Assembly (NCBI GenBank): GCA_963674735.2
Contig: CAXXQS010000003.1
Coordinates: forward strand, 96,001 to 160,000
Direction of reading: 5' to 3'
Origin: Myxococcota bacterium
GTDB taxonomy: Bacteria > Myxococcota_A > SURF-8
DNA length: 64,000 bases
Positions 48,216-57,883 of the stretch are shown here, piece after piece. The position numbers and the translations under genes are program-made. The notes under the pieces are model-generated. The model did not search any database and was not told the DNA's origin. It saw only the letters and a list, made by a program, of their open reading frames with translations. Within the stretch, counting starts at the first letter, position 1. Every line of letters begins with the position of its first letter.

Positions 48216-49715
48216 ATGTTTCGTAAATTATTGATCGCCAATCGCGGCGAAATCGCCATTCGCATCATGCGCACGGCCCGCGAGATGGGCATCGCCACCG
48301 TGGCCGTTTATTCCGAGGCCGACCGCCGCTCGCCCCATGTGGATGCGGCGGACGAAGCGGTTTTCATCGGCGCTTCCGAGCCTGCGGCGAGTTATTTGAA
48401 TATCGAGACCCTCATCCGGGCCGCAAAGGATTGCGGTGCCGAGGCCATTCATCCGGGTTACGGCTTTTTGAGCGAAAACCCGGATTTCGCCGCGCGAGTC
48501 GCGGAAGAAGGACTGATTTTCGTCGGTCCGTCGTCCGAGGTGATGCGAAAGCTGGGCGACAAGATGTCGGCTTCGGCCATCGCCGAAGCTTGCGGAGTTC
48601 CCACCGTTCCCGGCCATCGCGAAACGGGTTCCGACAGCGAGGCGCTTTTGAAGGCGGCGGCGGATATCGGCTTTCCGTTGTTGGTCAAGGCCAGTGCGGG
48701 CGGGGGCGGCAAAGGCATGCGTTTGGTACGCAACCACGATGAGCTGCCCGATGCCTTGGCACTGGCCGCCGGAGAGGCGCAGACCGCCTTCGGTGACGGG
48801 ACGGTATTTTTGGAGCGCTACCTGGAAAAGGCGCGCCACGTGGAAATCCAGATACTGGCGGACACCCACGGAAACGCGTTGCATCTCAACGAACGCGAAT
48901 GCTCCATCCAGCGCCGTCATCAGAAAATCATTGAAGAAACGCCTTCGGTCGCCCTCGATCCCGATTTACGCCAACGGATGGGGGAGGCGGCGGTGGCCTT
49001 GGTCAAAGGTTCGGGCTATGTGAATGCGGGGACGGTCGAGTTCCTGTTGGACGAGTCGGGGCGGTTTTACTTCCTTGAAGTGAATACGCGCTTGCAGGTG
49101 GAGCACGGCGTCACCGAACTGGTAACGGGGCTGGATCTGGTGCGCCAGCAATTGCGCATCGCGGCGGGGGAGGCGTTGGAAATCTCCCAGGCCGATGTGC
49201 AGCCGCGCGGCCATGCGCTGGAATGCCGCATCTATGCCGAAGATCCCGAGGCGGGTTTCATGCCGTCGCCCGGACGCGTTTTGTATGCCCGGGCTCCACA
49301 CGGTCCCGGTCTGCGCCTCGACAGCGGCATCCGTAGCGGGACGGACGTCTCCGTGCATTACGATCCCATTCTGGCAAAATTGATGGTACACGCCGAGAAC
49401 CGTCCCGCCGCCATTGCGCGGATGGTCGAGGCACTGAAAAACTGCGTGGTGCTGGGCGTCAAAACCCCCATCGCCTATATGATCGACGTGCTGCAGTCCG
49501 AGCCGTTTCGGCAAGGCGACACCTTTACCCGATTTTTAGAAGAGCATTTCGCCGAGTGGCAGCCGAGAAGCGGCGATGAAAACCTGTTTACCGCCGCCCA
49601 TGCGCTGGTCCTGGAAATGGGCACCGGTGCGACGGCGGGCATCGGGGACGGTGTTGCGGCTGAAAGCGGACCCGATCCGTGGACGCGTATCGGCCGCTGG
49701 GATCTGATTTCCTAG
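48216..49715 (+). CDS. Biotin carboxylase subunit
   Basis: IANRGEIA, HPGYGFLSEN, GGGGKGMR, RECSIQRRHQK, EVNTRLQVEH. Confidence 0.95.
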   Translation: MFRKLLIANRGEIAIRIMRTAREMGIATVAVYSEADRRSPHVDAADEAVFIGASEPAASYLNIETLIRAAKDCGAEAIHPGYGFLSENPDFAARVAEEGLIFVGPSSEVMRKLGDKMSASAIAEACGVPTVPGHRETGSDSEALLKAAADIGFPLLVKASAGGGGKGMRLVRNHDELPDALALAAGEAQTAFGDGTVFLERYLEKARHVEIQILADTHGNALHLNERECSIQRRHQKIIEETPSVALDPDLRQRMGEAAVALVKGSGYVNAGTVEFLLDESGRFYFLEVNTRLQVEHGVTELVTGLDLVRQQLRIAAGEALEISQADVQPRGHALECRIYAEDPEAGFMPSPGRVLYARAPHGPGLRLDSGIRSGTDVSVHYDPILAKLMVHAENRPAAIARMVEALKNCVVLGVKTPIAYMIDVLQSEPFRQGDTFTRFLEEHFAEWQPRSGDENLFTAAHALVLEMGTGATAGIGDGVAAESGPDPWTRIGRWDLIS

Positions 49716-49733
49716 GCGGCGAGAGGATAAACC

Positions 49734-50258
49734 ATGTCGTTTGAACTGGAAGTGATCAAGGGAAGCGTCGAGATGGAGCGCGCCGAAGACGGATTGGGCT
49801 GGCGGCTGCGCCTCGACGACGACGAGCTGCTGGCCGTCCCGGATGCGGGCGACCCGCAACGCTTTGTGCTGACCCGCGCGGGACAAGCGCACACCGTGTA
49901 TGCGGTGGGCGCGAAAGACGGTGTGTGGGTGTGGCACGACGGAACGGCGCGGCTGGTACGTGAACGGCGTGCAGGTACGCGTTCTGCAGGCGGTGAGTCG
50001 GAAGCGGGTGAGGTTACGCCGCCCATGCCGGGCGTGGTGGTGCGCGTTTTGTGCGAGCCGGGCCAAAGTGTGAAAAAAGGTCAGGATCTGGTGGCCATCT
50101 CCGCCATGAAAATGGAAAGTGTATTGAAGGCCCCGCGTGCCGGGACGGTTGCGGCCGTTCGTGCGGTGGTCGGCGAACAGGTCAAGCCGGGCGACGTGTT
50201 GGTAGAGTTCGAACCGGAGGCGGACGCCGCCGATGCGAAGGGAGGCTCCGATGAGTGA
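49734..50258 (+). CDS. Biotin carboxyl carrier subunit (BT-like + biotinyl domain)
   Basis: PMPG, AMKME. Confidence 0.92.
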   Translation: MSFELEVIKGSVEMERAEDGLGWRLRLDDDELLAVPDAGDPQRFVLTRAGQAHTVYAVGAKDGVWVWHDGTARLVRERRAGTRSAGGESEAGEVTPPMPGVVVRVLCEPGQSVKKGQDLVAISAMKMESVLKAPRAGTVAAVRAVVGEQVKPGDVLVEFEPEADAADAKGGSDE

Positions 50259-51024
50259 AAAGGAACTGCTGTTCGAACGACGCGGCCGCAGTGCCTGGTT
50301 GACGCTCAACCGGCCGGAACGGCGCAATGCCATCAGTCCGGGCATGATCGCCGCCTTCAACGACGCGCTCGACGAAATCGAGGCGGACGACGAGTTCCGT
50401 TCGGTGTGCATCACCGGCGCGGGCGATAAAGTCTTCTGTTCCGGGGCAGACCTGATGGGCGGCTTCGGCGGCGGGACACCGGTTGAGGCGGCCAAAGCCT
50501 ATGCGGCGTTGCTGAAACGGCTGGTGGGCTTTTCACGTCCTCTGCTGGCGCGGCTCAACGGCCATTGTCTGGCCGGTGGAATGGGGTTGATGCTGGCCTG
50601 CGATATCATCTACGCCCGCGCGGGGGTGCGTCTGGGGACGCCGGAAGTGGGGGTGGGCTTGTTCCCCATGATGATCGGGGCGCTGATTTTCCGTAGCGCC
50701 CAACGGCAAAAAGCTCTGGAAATGGTCTATACAGCCAAGCAGATCGAGGCGGCGGAAGCCGAAAAAATGGGTCTGCTCACGCGCGTTTATGCGCCCGACG
50801 ACTTCGATGCCGCCGTGGAAGAGACCTTGGAGGCGATCAACAACAACGCTCCGCGCGCCATCGCCATCGGGCGTCAGGCCTTCGTGCATGCCGAAGAAAT
50901 GGGGCTCAATGCCGGGCTCGACTATCTGTGCGAGCAACTCGGCGTGGTGCTCGCAACCGAAGACGCCGCCGAGGGAATGAGCGCCTTTTTCGCGAAACGT
51001 AAACCCGAATGGAAAAACAGCTGA
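50251..51024 (+). CDS. Enoyl-CoA hydratase/isomerase
   Basis: LNRPERRNAI, FCSGADL, AGGMGL, PEVGVGL, EGMSAF. Confidence 0.93.
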   Translation: MSEKELLFERRGRSAWLTLNRPERRNAISPGMIAAFNDALDEIEADDEFRSVCITGAGDKVFCSGADLMGGFGGGTPVEAAKAYAALLKRLVGFSRPLLARLNGHCLAGGMGLMLACDIIYARAGVRLGTPEVGVGLFPMMIGALIFRSAQRQKALEMVYTAKQIEAAEAEKMGLLTRVYAPDDFDAAVEETLEAINNNAPRAIAIGRQAFVHAEEMGLNAGLDYLCEQLGVVLATEDAAEGMSAFFAKRKPEWKNS

Positions 51025-51066
51025 TCGGCCGGATTGCGATCCCGCCGCTTGTGAAAGGAGCCGACC

Positions 51067-51951
51067 ATGTGGATGTGGGCGAAACAAAACCAGGATATTT
51101 CGAGGCCATGCATGATCACCTGCGCGCTCTCGGGCGTGGTGGCCAATCGTGCCCAGTGCGCGGCGATTCCGTACACGCCGGAGGAATACGCCGCCGAGGC
51201 CAAACGCGCCTATGAAGCCGGAGCGGCGGCGGCGCACATTCATGCCCGCACGCCGGAGGGCGCACCGAGTTACGAAGTGGAAGACTACCGCAACATCTAC
51301 GAGGCCGTCACCGACGCCTGTCCCATCATCATCAACTTTTCGACCGGCGCCATCAACATCACCACCGAGCAGAAAACGCAGCATATCACGGCCGTCAAAC
51401 CGGCGGTGGGCGCGCTGAACATGGGCTCCATGAACTACGCCAAATACAATGCCAGGCGCAAGGACTTCGTGTTCGAATTCGTGTTTCCGAATCCCTTCCA
51501 CGAGATCGTGGAGATCGTCAAGGCCATGAATGCGGTGGGAACCAAACCGGAAATGGAATGCTTCGATCTGGGCCACATCGGCAATTCGTACCCGCTGCTC
51601 GACATGGGCCTGCTCAAACCGCCGTATCAGTACAGCCTGATCATGGGTGTTTTGGGCGGTGTGCCGCCGACCGTCCCCAACCTGGTGAAGATGGTGGAGC
51701 AGCTGCCGCCCGAGAGCGATTGGGAACTCATTGGCATCAGCCACGACCAATGGCGCATGGTGGCGGCGGCGATTTCGCTGGGGGGCAACGTGCGTGTGGG
51801 TCTGGAAGACAATTTCTATGTGAGTCCCGGTGAAATGGCGACGTCCAACGGCGATCTGGTGGCCAAAGCGGCGCGTATGGTGCGCGACCAGGGCCGCGAA
51901 GTGGCCACCGTCGAACAGTGCCGCGAGCGTCTGGGGCTGGTCCATACCTGA
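51067..51951 (+). CDS. Beta-keto acid cleavage enzyme (BKACE/DUF849, Kce-like)
   Basis: ITCALSG, AHIHAR, STG, LNMGSMN, KPEMECFD, VRVGLEDN. Confidence 0.92.
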   Translation: MWMWAKQNQDISRPCMITCALSGVVANRAQCAAIPYTPEEYAAEAKRAYEAGAAAAHIHARTPEGAPSYEVEDYRNIYEAVTDACPIIINFSTGAINITTEQKTQHITAVKPAVGALNMGSMNYAKYNARRKDFVFEFVFPNPFHEIVEIVKAMNAVGTKPEMECFDLGHIGNSYPLLDMGLLKPPYQYSLIMGVLGGVPPTVPNLVKMVEQLPPESDWELIGISHDQWRMVAAAISLGGNVRVGLEDNFYVSPGEMATSNGDLVAKAARMVRDQGREVATVEQCRERLGLVHT

Positions 51952-51989
51952 CCCGATGGCCCGCTGGCCAAGCGAGTGAGGAAACAGCC

Positions 51990-52826
51990 ATGATCGACTG
52001 GCAACGGCGACCGGATGCGCCCGTCCGCGTGGATACGCACATTCATCTGTTTCCCGAAAGATTGTTTGCGGCCATTCGGGGCTGGTTCGCGCGCGTGGGA
52101 TGGGAAATCCCGTATCCTTACAAAACCGAAGACGTCCTCGCCCTGCTCAAGGGCTGGGGCGTCGAGTGCGCCTGGGCGTTGACCTATGCCCATCGCGCCG
52201 GTGTGGCGGAGGGTGTGAACGCTTGGCTGGGGGAGTGGTGTCGGCGCGAGCCGATGCTGCGCGGTTTTTTCTCGGTGCACCCGGACGACGCATCCCCCAC
52301 GCAACTGGCCGAACGCGCTTTGGATCTTCACGGCTTGCACGGCTTGAAGCTGCACGCCGAGGTGCAGAAATTATCCGTGGACGACGCGCGGCTCGACGGC
52401 GTGTTCGATCTGTTGGAGGAGCGCGGTCGGCCTTGCGTCCTGCACTCGGGCGATGCACCGTATCCCTTCACACAACCGAATCTGGATGTCGCGCGGGTGC
52501 ACGAACGCCTGCGCCGCAACCCGCAGCTGCTGACCGTTATCGCGCACCTGGGGGCTTTTCAGACTCCGCAGTACCTGGCGTTGACGCGCGAGTATCCGAA
52601 CCTGTATCTGGAGGTGTCGTTCACCAATTACCCCGGTATCGAGTCGCGGGTACCGCTCGATTACCCGAGCCTGGAACCCTTCGCCGACCGCCTGTTGTTC
52701 GGTTCGGATTTTCCGAACATCACCTTCAGCTATGCCGATCAGGCCGATGCCTGGTGGGCTTTCGAGTGGGTGAAACGGGACGCCGAGGCTTTTTTCGGCG
52801 GACGAGCTCGGCACATCCTGTCGTGA
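51990..52826 (+). CDS. Amidohydrolase_2 family protein
   Basis: DTHIH, GLKLH, LHSG, AHLG, LFGSDFP. Confidence 0.88.
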   Translation: MIDWQRRPDAPVRVDTHIHLFPERLFAAIRGWFARVGWEIPYPYKTEDVLALLKGWGVECAWALTYAHRAGVAEGVNAWLGEWCRREPMLRGFFSVHPDDASPTQLAERALDLHGLHGLKLHAEVQKLSVDDARLDGVFDLLEERGRPCVLHSGDAPYPFTQPNLDVARVHERLRRNPQLLTVIAHLGAFQTPQYLALTREYPNLYLEVSFTNYPGIESRVPLDYPSLEPFADRLLFGSDFPNITFSYADQADAWWAFEWVKRDAEAFFGGRARHILS

Positions 52827-52959
52827 CGCCCGGCTGTCACGACTGCGCGCAGTTGTGCGATACCCACGACCGTTTAACCGGCTGCCGCGCTTGACTTTCT
52901 TCCCATCCGGGGACACAATCGCGGCGGATATCGAAAAGAAATGACCGAGGAGAGGAATT

Positions 52960-53874
52960 ATGTCGTTTGAAACGATGCGCTGGATCGACCACTCGGACAA
53001 TCCGCTGATCGAACCGGTGCGACCCGACTGGATGATTGCCGATCCCTGCGTGCTGACCCCCGAGCAAACCCCGGACGGCCAGTGGCATCTGTTCGCCAAC
53101 GCCATCATTCAAGGCTTGCAGCACTACGTTTCGGATGACGGCCTGCGCTGGGAGCGCATCGGCAAGAAGCTGTTTACCGGGATCCGTCCGTACGTGTTTC
53201 GCGAAAACGGCGAGTATTTTCTCTTTTACGAAAAACCGGCCCTGCCGCTGGGCTCCGTGATCGCCATGAGCCGTTCGACCGATCTGACGAACTGGAGCGA
53301 TCCGGTGGCGGTGTGTCGTCCCGAATTCCCCTGGGAGGGCCGTGTGCTGCGCACCAACGGCAATCCCTGCTTGGTGAAACACGAGGGCCGTTACCGTTTA
53401 TATTTTGCGGCAAGCTGGGTGTTTTTGCCCGACTGCCTGTTCATCGAGCCGCGCTATATCGGCGTGGCCGAGGCCGAGCGCATCGAGGGACCGTATGTCA
53501 AACGTCCCGAACCGCTGCTCGGACCGTCCGAGGATCCCGCCTTTCGCAACATGGGGGCCGGATCGATGAAGGTGATTCCGCCCGCACCGGGCTCGGACCT
53601 GTGGTACGCCTTCAACAACGGCATTTTCAAGGACGCCGAGGGACACTCGCGTTCCGAAATCTATCTGCTAAAATCGACCGATGGTTACGACTGGGAGTTG
53701 GCGTTGCCCGATCCACTGATCAAGCCCGAGCCGCAAGGCTGGAAGCGGGCGCTGGTCTACGCTATGCACGTGATCGAATATCAAGGCCAGTGGCGCATGT
53801 ACTACAACGCCCGCAGCGGCTGGTTTATCGGCAAGGAGCGCATCGGCTTGGCGCTGGGGGAAGAAAAACCGTAG
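52960..53874 (+). CDS. Five-bladed beta-propeller glycoside hydrolase (GH43/GH130-like)
   Basis: NPLI, IADP, STDLTNW, IGVAEA..IEGPY, ERIGLA. Confidence 0.75.
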   Translation: MSFETMRWIDHSDNPLIEPVRPDWMIADPCVLTPEQTPDGQWHLFANAIIQGLQHYVSDDGLRWERIGKKLFTGIRPYVFRENGEYFLFYEKPALPLGSVIAMSRSTDLTNWSDPVAVCRPEFPWEGRVLRTNGNPCLVKHEGRYRLYFAASWVFLPDCLFIEPRYIGVAEAERIEGPYVKRPEPLLGPSEDPAFRNMGAGSMKVIPPAPGSDLWYAFNNGIFKDAEGHSRSEIYLLKSTDGYDWELALPDPLIKPEPQGWKRALVYAMHVIEYQGQWRMYYNARSGWFIGKERIGLALGEEKP

Positions 53875-53879
53875 TCCCC

Positions 53880-56273
53880 CTACGCTCCCACCTTCAGCGT
53901 GCAGATCGTGAACGCTCCTGCCTGCGCGCGGTTATTCTCGATAGCGCAAGCATTCCCGTCCGCGATGGTTTCGGTGATGACATCACCCAGGCATTCGACG
54001 TGTATCCCTTTGTAGGGGAAGGGGAAGTCGCCGCTCTCACTGCGCGTGAGGGTCCAGCCCTCGTCGCTCGCAACGACTTCGAAGCGGTCGAGACGCGACT
54101 CGCCGTCGCCGTCGCCCGCATCGCTGTAGAGCGTGAAATCGAAGGCTTGCCGATCGCGCGGCAGGGCCAGACGCAGCGTGAGGGTCTCGCCCTCTTCGCT
54201 CGGAACGAGGCTCCCCGCCCGCATGAACAGCGGCAGGTGGTCGAGCGGGGCGGCGACCGTCAGCGTCGCGTGGCCGTTGTGACGCTCGCCCGTCCACCAG
54301 TCCAGCCATTCGCCTTCGGGTAAGGTCACCTCGCGCGCGGTCGCACCTTCTTGTACCACCGGCGCCACCAGCAACGCATCGCCCAGCATGAACGCATCGT
54401 CGATGTCGTACAGGCGCGCGTCTTCGGGGCGGGTCCACCACAAGGGGCGCACCAGCGGCGCACCGCTTTGCGCGGCCTCGAAGGCCAGTGTGTACCAGAA
54501 GGGCATCAGGCGTTCGCGCAGACGCATGTAGCGACGTGCGATGACGGTGGTCTCCTCGCCGAAGCTCCACGGCTCGCGGCGCGGAACGAAGGCCGCCGAG
54601 TGGGTGCGGAAAAACGGGTGGAAGGCCGACATCTGCAGCCAGCGGATGTACAACTCGGGCTTGGGATGGCCGTTGAAACCGCCGGTGTCGGAACCGGTGT
54701 AGGGCCAGCCCGACAAACCGAGCATCAGCGGCAGACGCAGATTGTGTTGCAGGCTCCACCAGTTGCAGCCGGTATCGCCGGTCCAGTTCCAGGCGTAGCG
54801 CTGCACACCGGTCCAACCGGAGCGGGTGAGCAGCCAGGGACGGCGTTCCGGATGCAGGCGCGTCAGGCCTTCGAAGGCGGCGCGATTTTCGAGCAGGGCG
54901 TATACGTTGTGCGCTTCCACGTGATTGCCGCCGCGACCTTCCAAACTATGTTCGGTGGAGAGCGGCAGCGTGGGACGCCCGGTGCTGCTGAAGGCGGCCG
55001 GTTCGTTCATGTCGTGCCAGAAGCCGTCAACGCCGAGCTTCGTGAGGGTGGCGTATTGACGCCCCCACCAGGCGCGTACCTCCGGATCGGTGAAGTCGGG
55101 AAAGCCGCACCAGCCGGGCCAGACGGGCGCTTTCACCGGCTGACCATCGGGCTGACGGCAGAAGCGATCGTGTTCCAGGCCGTCCCGGTAGAGATCGTAC
55201 TCGGGATCGACTTTGACGCCCGGATCGAGAATCGTGACCAGCTTCGCCCCGCGTTCGTGGACCCGGTCGCTTACATGGCCGAGATCGGGGAAGCGTTCGC
55301 GATCGACGGTGAAAACGCGATAGCCGTCCATGTAATGGATGTCGAGATGCAGCGCCGACAGCGGCAGGTCGTGGGTTTGAAAACCGTCGAGCACCTCCAG
55401 CGCTTCCGCTTCGGTTTTGTAGCTCCAGCGGCACTGGTGGTAGCCCAGCGCCCACTTGGGCGGCATGGCCGGACGGCCGGTCAGTTCCGTGTAGCGGTCG
55501 AGGGCGCGCGGAACCGGTCCCGGAATGAAATACCCGCGCATGGCTCCACCGGCGAAATGCACGGACGGCGTCTCGCCGAAATCGAAGGTGCCCAGATGCG
55601 TGTTTTCGAAGAAGGCAAGGTACGCGCCGTCCGCGTGCAGGCCGAGATGTGCGGGAATGCACACATAGATGGGGTCTTTGCCGGTTTTGTAATCCCCCAT
55701 GGCCTCCTGATTCCAGATCAGGTAGGCGGAACCGCGCAGATTAAGGGCGTGGTTGCGTTGTCCCAGCCCGAAAATATGCTCGTCCGCTTTCAGCGAGGTG
55801 GGCCATTTCCAGCCGTCCCCGGCCCGCAGAGGCACATCGTAACGGCGCAGTTCCCGACCCTGTGGGTCGGTGAGGACCATTCCGCCCTGGCGGTCGATGC
55901 AGACCGTCAGCTCCGAGGTCGTGAGGCACCAGCCTTCCGGCGATTCGGCGAGGTCCACTTCCACCGGCGGCCAGTCGTCCTTGGCGATGGCATAGGGAAC
56001 CGGCAGTGCGCCGGGAGTCCAGGTGACGCGCAGCAGATCGGCGGCCAGAAAGGTCACCTCCGCCTCGGCATCGTCGAACACGAGCTTCAAGCCCTGGTTG
56101 ATGGGCTGAGCCTGTTTCAGCTCGCCGATGGGGTCGGCCAGCCGAGCCTGGCGCTTGAGTTCCTTCTGCAGCTTTCGTTCCAGGCTCAGTTTGGTGAATC
56201 CGAAACGGATGGCCTTGGCCACGTTGCCCCAGCCGACCGTGTTGAGGCCTTTCAGGATCGTGATCGGGTCCAT
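53880..56273 (-). CDS. GH31 alpha-glucosidase
   Basis: PPKWALGYHQCRWSY, LDIHYMD, WHDMNEP, WTGD, GSDTGGF, FFRTH. Confidence 0.95.
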   Translation of the reverse strand: MDPITILKGLNTVGWGNVAKAIRFGFTKLSLERKLQKELKRQARLADPIGELKQAQPINQGLKLVFDDAEAEVTFLAADLLRVTWTPGALPVPYAIAKDDWPPVEVDLAESPEGWCLTTSELTVCIDRQGGMVLTDPQGRELRRYDVPLRAGDGWKWPTSLKADEHIFGLGQRNHALNLRGSAYLIWNQEAMGDYKTGKDPIYVCIPAHLGLHADGAYLAFFENTHLGTFDFGETPSVHFAGGAMRGYFIPGPVPRALDRYTELTGRPAMPPKWALGYHQCRWSYKTEAEALEVLDGFQTHDLPLSALHLDIHYMDGYRVFTVDRERFPDLGHVSDRVHERGAKLVTILDPGVKVDPEYDLYRDGLEHDRFCRQPDGQPVKAPVWPGWCGFPDFTDPEVRAWWGRQYATLTKLGVDGFWHDMNEPAAFSSTGRPTLPLSTEHSLEGRGGNHVEAHNVYALLENRAAFEGLTRLHPERRPWLLTRSGWTGVQRYAWNWTGDTGCNWWSLQHNLRLPLMLGLSGWPYTGSDTGGFNGHPKPELYIRWLQMSAFHPFFRTHSAAFVPRREPWSFGEETTVIARRYMRLRERLMPFWYTLAFEAAQSGAPLVRPLWWTRPEDARLYDIDDAFMLGDALLVAPVVQEGATAREVTLPEGEWLDWWTGERHNGHATLTVAAPLDHLPLFMRAGSLVPSEEGETLTLRLALPRDRQAFDFTLYSDAGDGDGESRLDRFEVVASDEGWTLTRSESGDFPFPYKGIHVECLGDVITETIADGNACAIENNRAQAGAFTICTLKVGA

Positions 56274-56280
56274 ACCTGCG

Positions 56281-57852
56281 CTACTCCGTCGGCTCGGGAC
56301 CGTTCAGGGTCGGGGTGTGGCACAGATAGGTGGTGTCGTTGTCCACGCTGATCTGCAATTCGTTGCGGTTGATGCCGCAGTTTTCCTCGCTGCGCCCCAG
56401 CTGGATGACGTCCAGGCAGGTGGCGTCGTCGGGCAACCGCATGAACCGTATGTAGCTGCGCTCGGGATCGACGTACAGGTTGGGCTCGACGTCCACCGCG
56501 TAAGTCGGATCGCTCGCCCCGAGCACCACCGACTCGTTTTCCGTGTAGAGCAGGCCCTGCATCTTGGTCACACGGCCTTCTTCGTCTGTCTGGGCAACGT
56601 CGAAGATGCCGTATTGGTCGGCGCGGTTGGCGTTGTAGATCTCGCCGGTCAGGATACCGTTCATCACCGTGGTGACGCCGGGTTTGCTGTCGCGATCCTG
56701 ATCCCAATTGCCGGTCAGATCGTCGCGTGTGGGCAGCGGATCGTTGACCGGATCGTCCAGCAGGGCGCCGCGCAACTCCAAGTAATGGGACGTTTGCAGG
56801 CTTTTACCCACTTCCGCGCTTTCGGGTTCGGCAGTCCAATGATGATAGGCGATGGCCAGGGTGTAATCGGCGGGGTACTCCATCCAGGCGAGGTCGTCGT
56901 AATCGCTGACATCGTCCAGGGTGGGGTTGTCTTCATCGGCGCGGAAATTGAGCGCCTGGTGATAGCAGTACTTGCCGTCGATCTCGATGCCGTTTTCCGT
57001 TTGGCGGATGCGAATGAGCTGGTGATGGATGTTGGTGCTGTCTTGGCAGTTGACGAGGGGGAAGCCGCAGTTGGTGAAGGTGGTTTCGTTTATGGCTCCG
57101 TAAATACCCACGAATTTCGCACTCTCCTTGGTGTCGTCCACGTGCTCGCCCCAGTCGATGCCCTCTTCACGGGGGATGCAGCGGCCCAAAACCGTGGTTT
57201 CGGCGTCGCCGAAGAAATTGGCGACCGGGTCCACATCTTCCGGCAGGTCGCAGCGCCACTGGTAGCCGTGGAAGGCGCAGGACGAATCGTCGTAGCAATA
57301 GCGGTAGCACAGTTTGCGGTCGTCTTCGGGGTCGGCGGCGCAGCGGTGGCCGCGATCCATGGGGCCGCATTCTTCGTCGTTGTTGCAGGGCAGGGTGCAG
57401 TAGCCGTCCGAGCCGCAGACATATGTGCCGCCCAACTCATCTTGGCAGGATTTGTCGTCGGTGCAGAACGAGGTGCTCTGCTTGATGCAGCGTGGGTCTT
57501 CTTCCTGGTCGACCGGGATGCAGCCGCCGCAATCGGAGCATTTGAAGTTGAGGGGAGGCAGGTCGGCTTCATCGAAGGTCAGTCCCTGGGCCTTGGCGGC
57601 TTCCCAGGCGGCCTGGATTTCGTCGTCCATGAAGTAACAGTCGCGGTTGGCCGTGCATTCCACCATGCAGGCGGAGGTGGCGGCGTCGCAGAAGCTGCCC
57701 GTGCCGCAGTCGGCCGATGTTTCGCAGGTCAAGTGGCCGAGGTCGCCTTCGAAAAGGGCTCCGTCGGTTTTTTCGCAGCCGGCGGAAAACATGACAAGCA
57801 GTAGCGCCAAGGCCGCCAGTCCGGCAATTTCGATGGTTTGATACGTACGCAT
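56281..57852 (-). CDS. Cys-rich lipoprotein
   Basis: Lipobox SAGC; repeated Cx4C...C units; DQDRDSKPGVT motif. Confidence 0.8.
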   Translation of the reverse strand: MRTYQTIEIAGLAALALLLVMFSAGCEKTDGALFEGDLGHLTCETSADCGTGSFCDAATSACMVECTANRDCYFMDDEIQAAWEAAKAQGLTFDEADLPPLNFKCSDCGGCIPVDQEEDPRCIKQSTSFCTDDKSCQDELGGTYVCGSDGYCTLPCNNDEECGPMDRGHRCAADPEDDRKLCYRYCYDDSSCAFHGYQWRCDLPEDVDPVANFFGDAETTVLGRCIPREEGIDWGEHVDDTKESAKFVGIYGAINETTFTNCGFPLVNCQDSTNIHHQLIRIRQTENGIEIDGKYCYHQALNFRADEDNPTLDDVSDYDDLAWMEYPADYTLAIAYHHWTAEPESAEVGKSLQTSHYLELRGALLDDPVNDPLPTRDDLTGNWDQDRDSKPGVTTVMNGILTGEIYNANRADQYGIFDVAQTDEEGRVTKMQGLLYTENESVVLGASDPTYAVDVEPNLYVDPERSYIRFMRLPDDATCLDVIQLGRSEENCGINRNELQISVDNDTTYLCHTPTLNGPEPTE

Positions 57853-57883
57853 GCTCGATTCTCCTTCAGGCTTGGATCACCTT

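Noticed and set aside
53880-56273. GH31 as a YihQ-type sulfoquinovosidase of a sulfo-TK pathway
   Set aside because: The nucleophile motif is WHDMNEP (alpha-glucosidase type), not the WMADFGE type of YihQ; no SQ isomerase is seen in the window.
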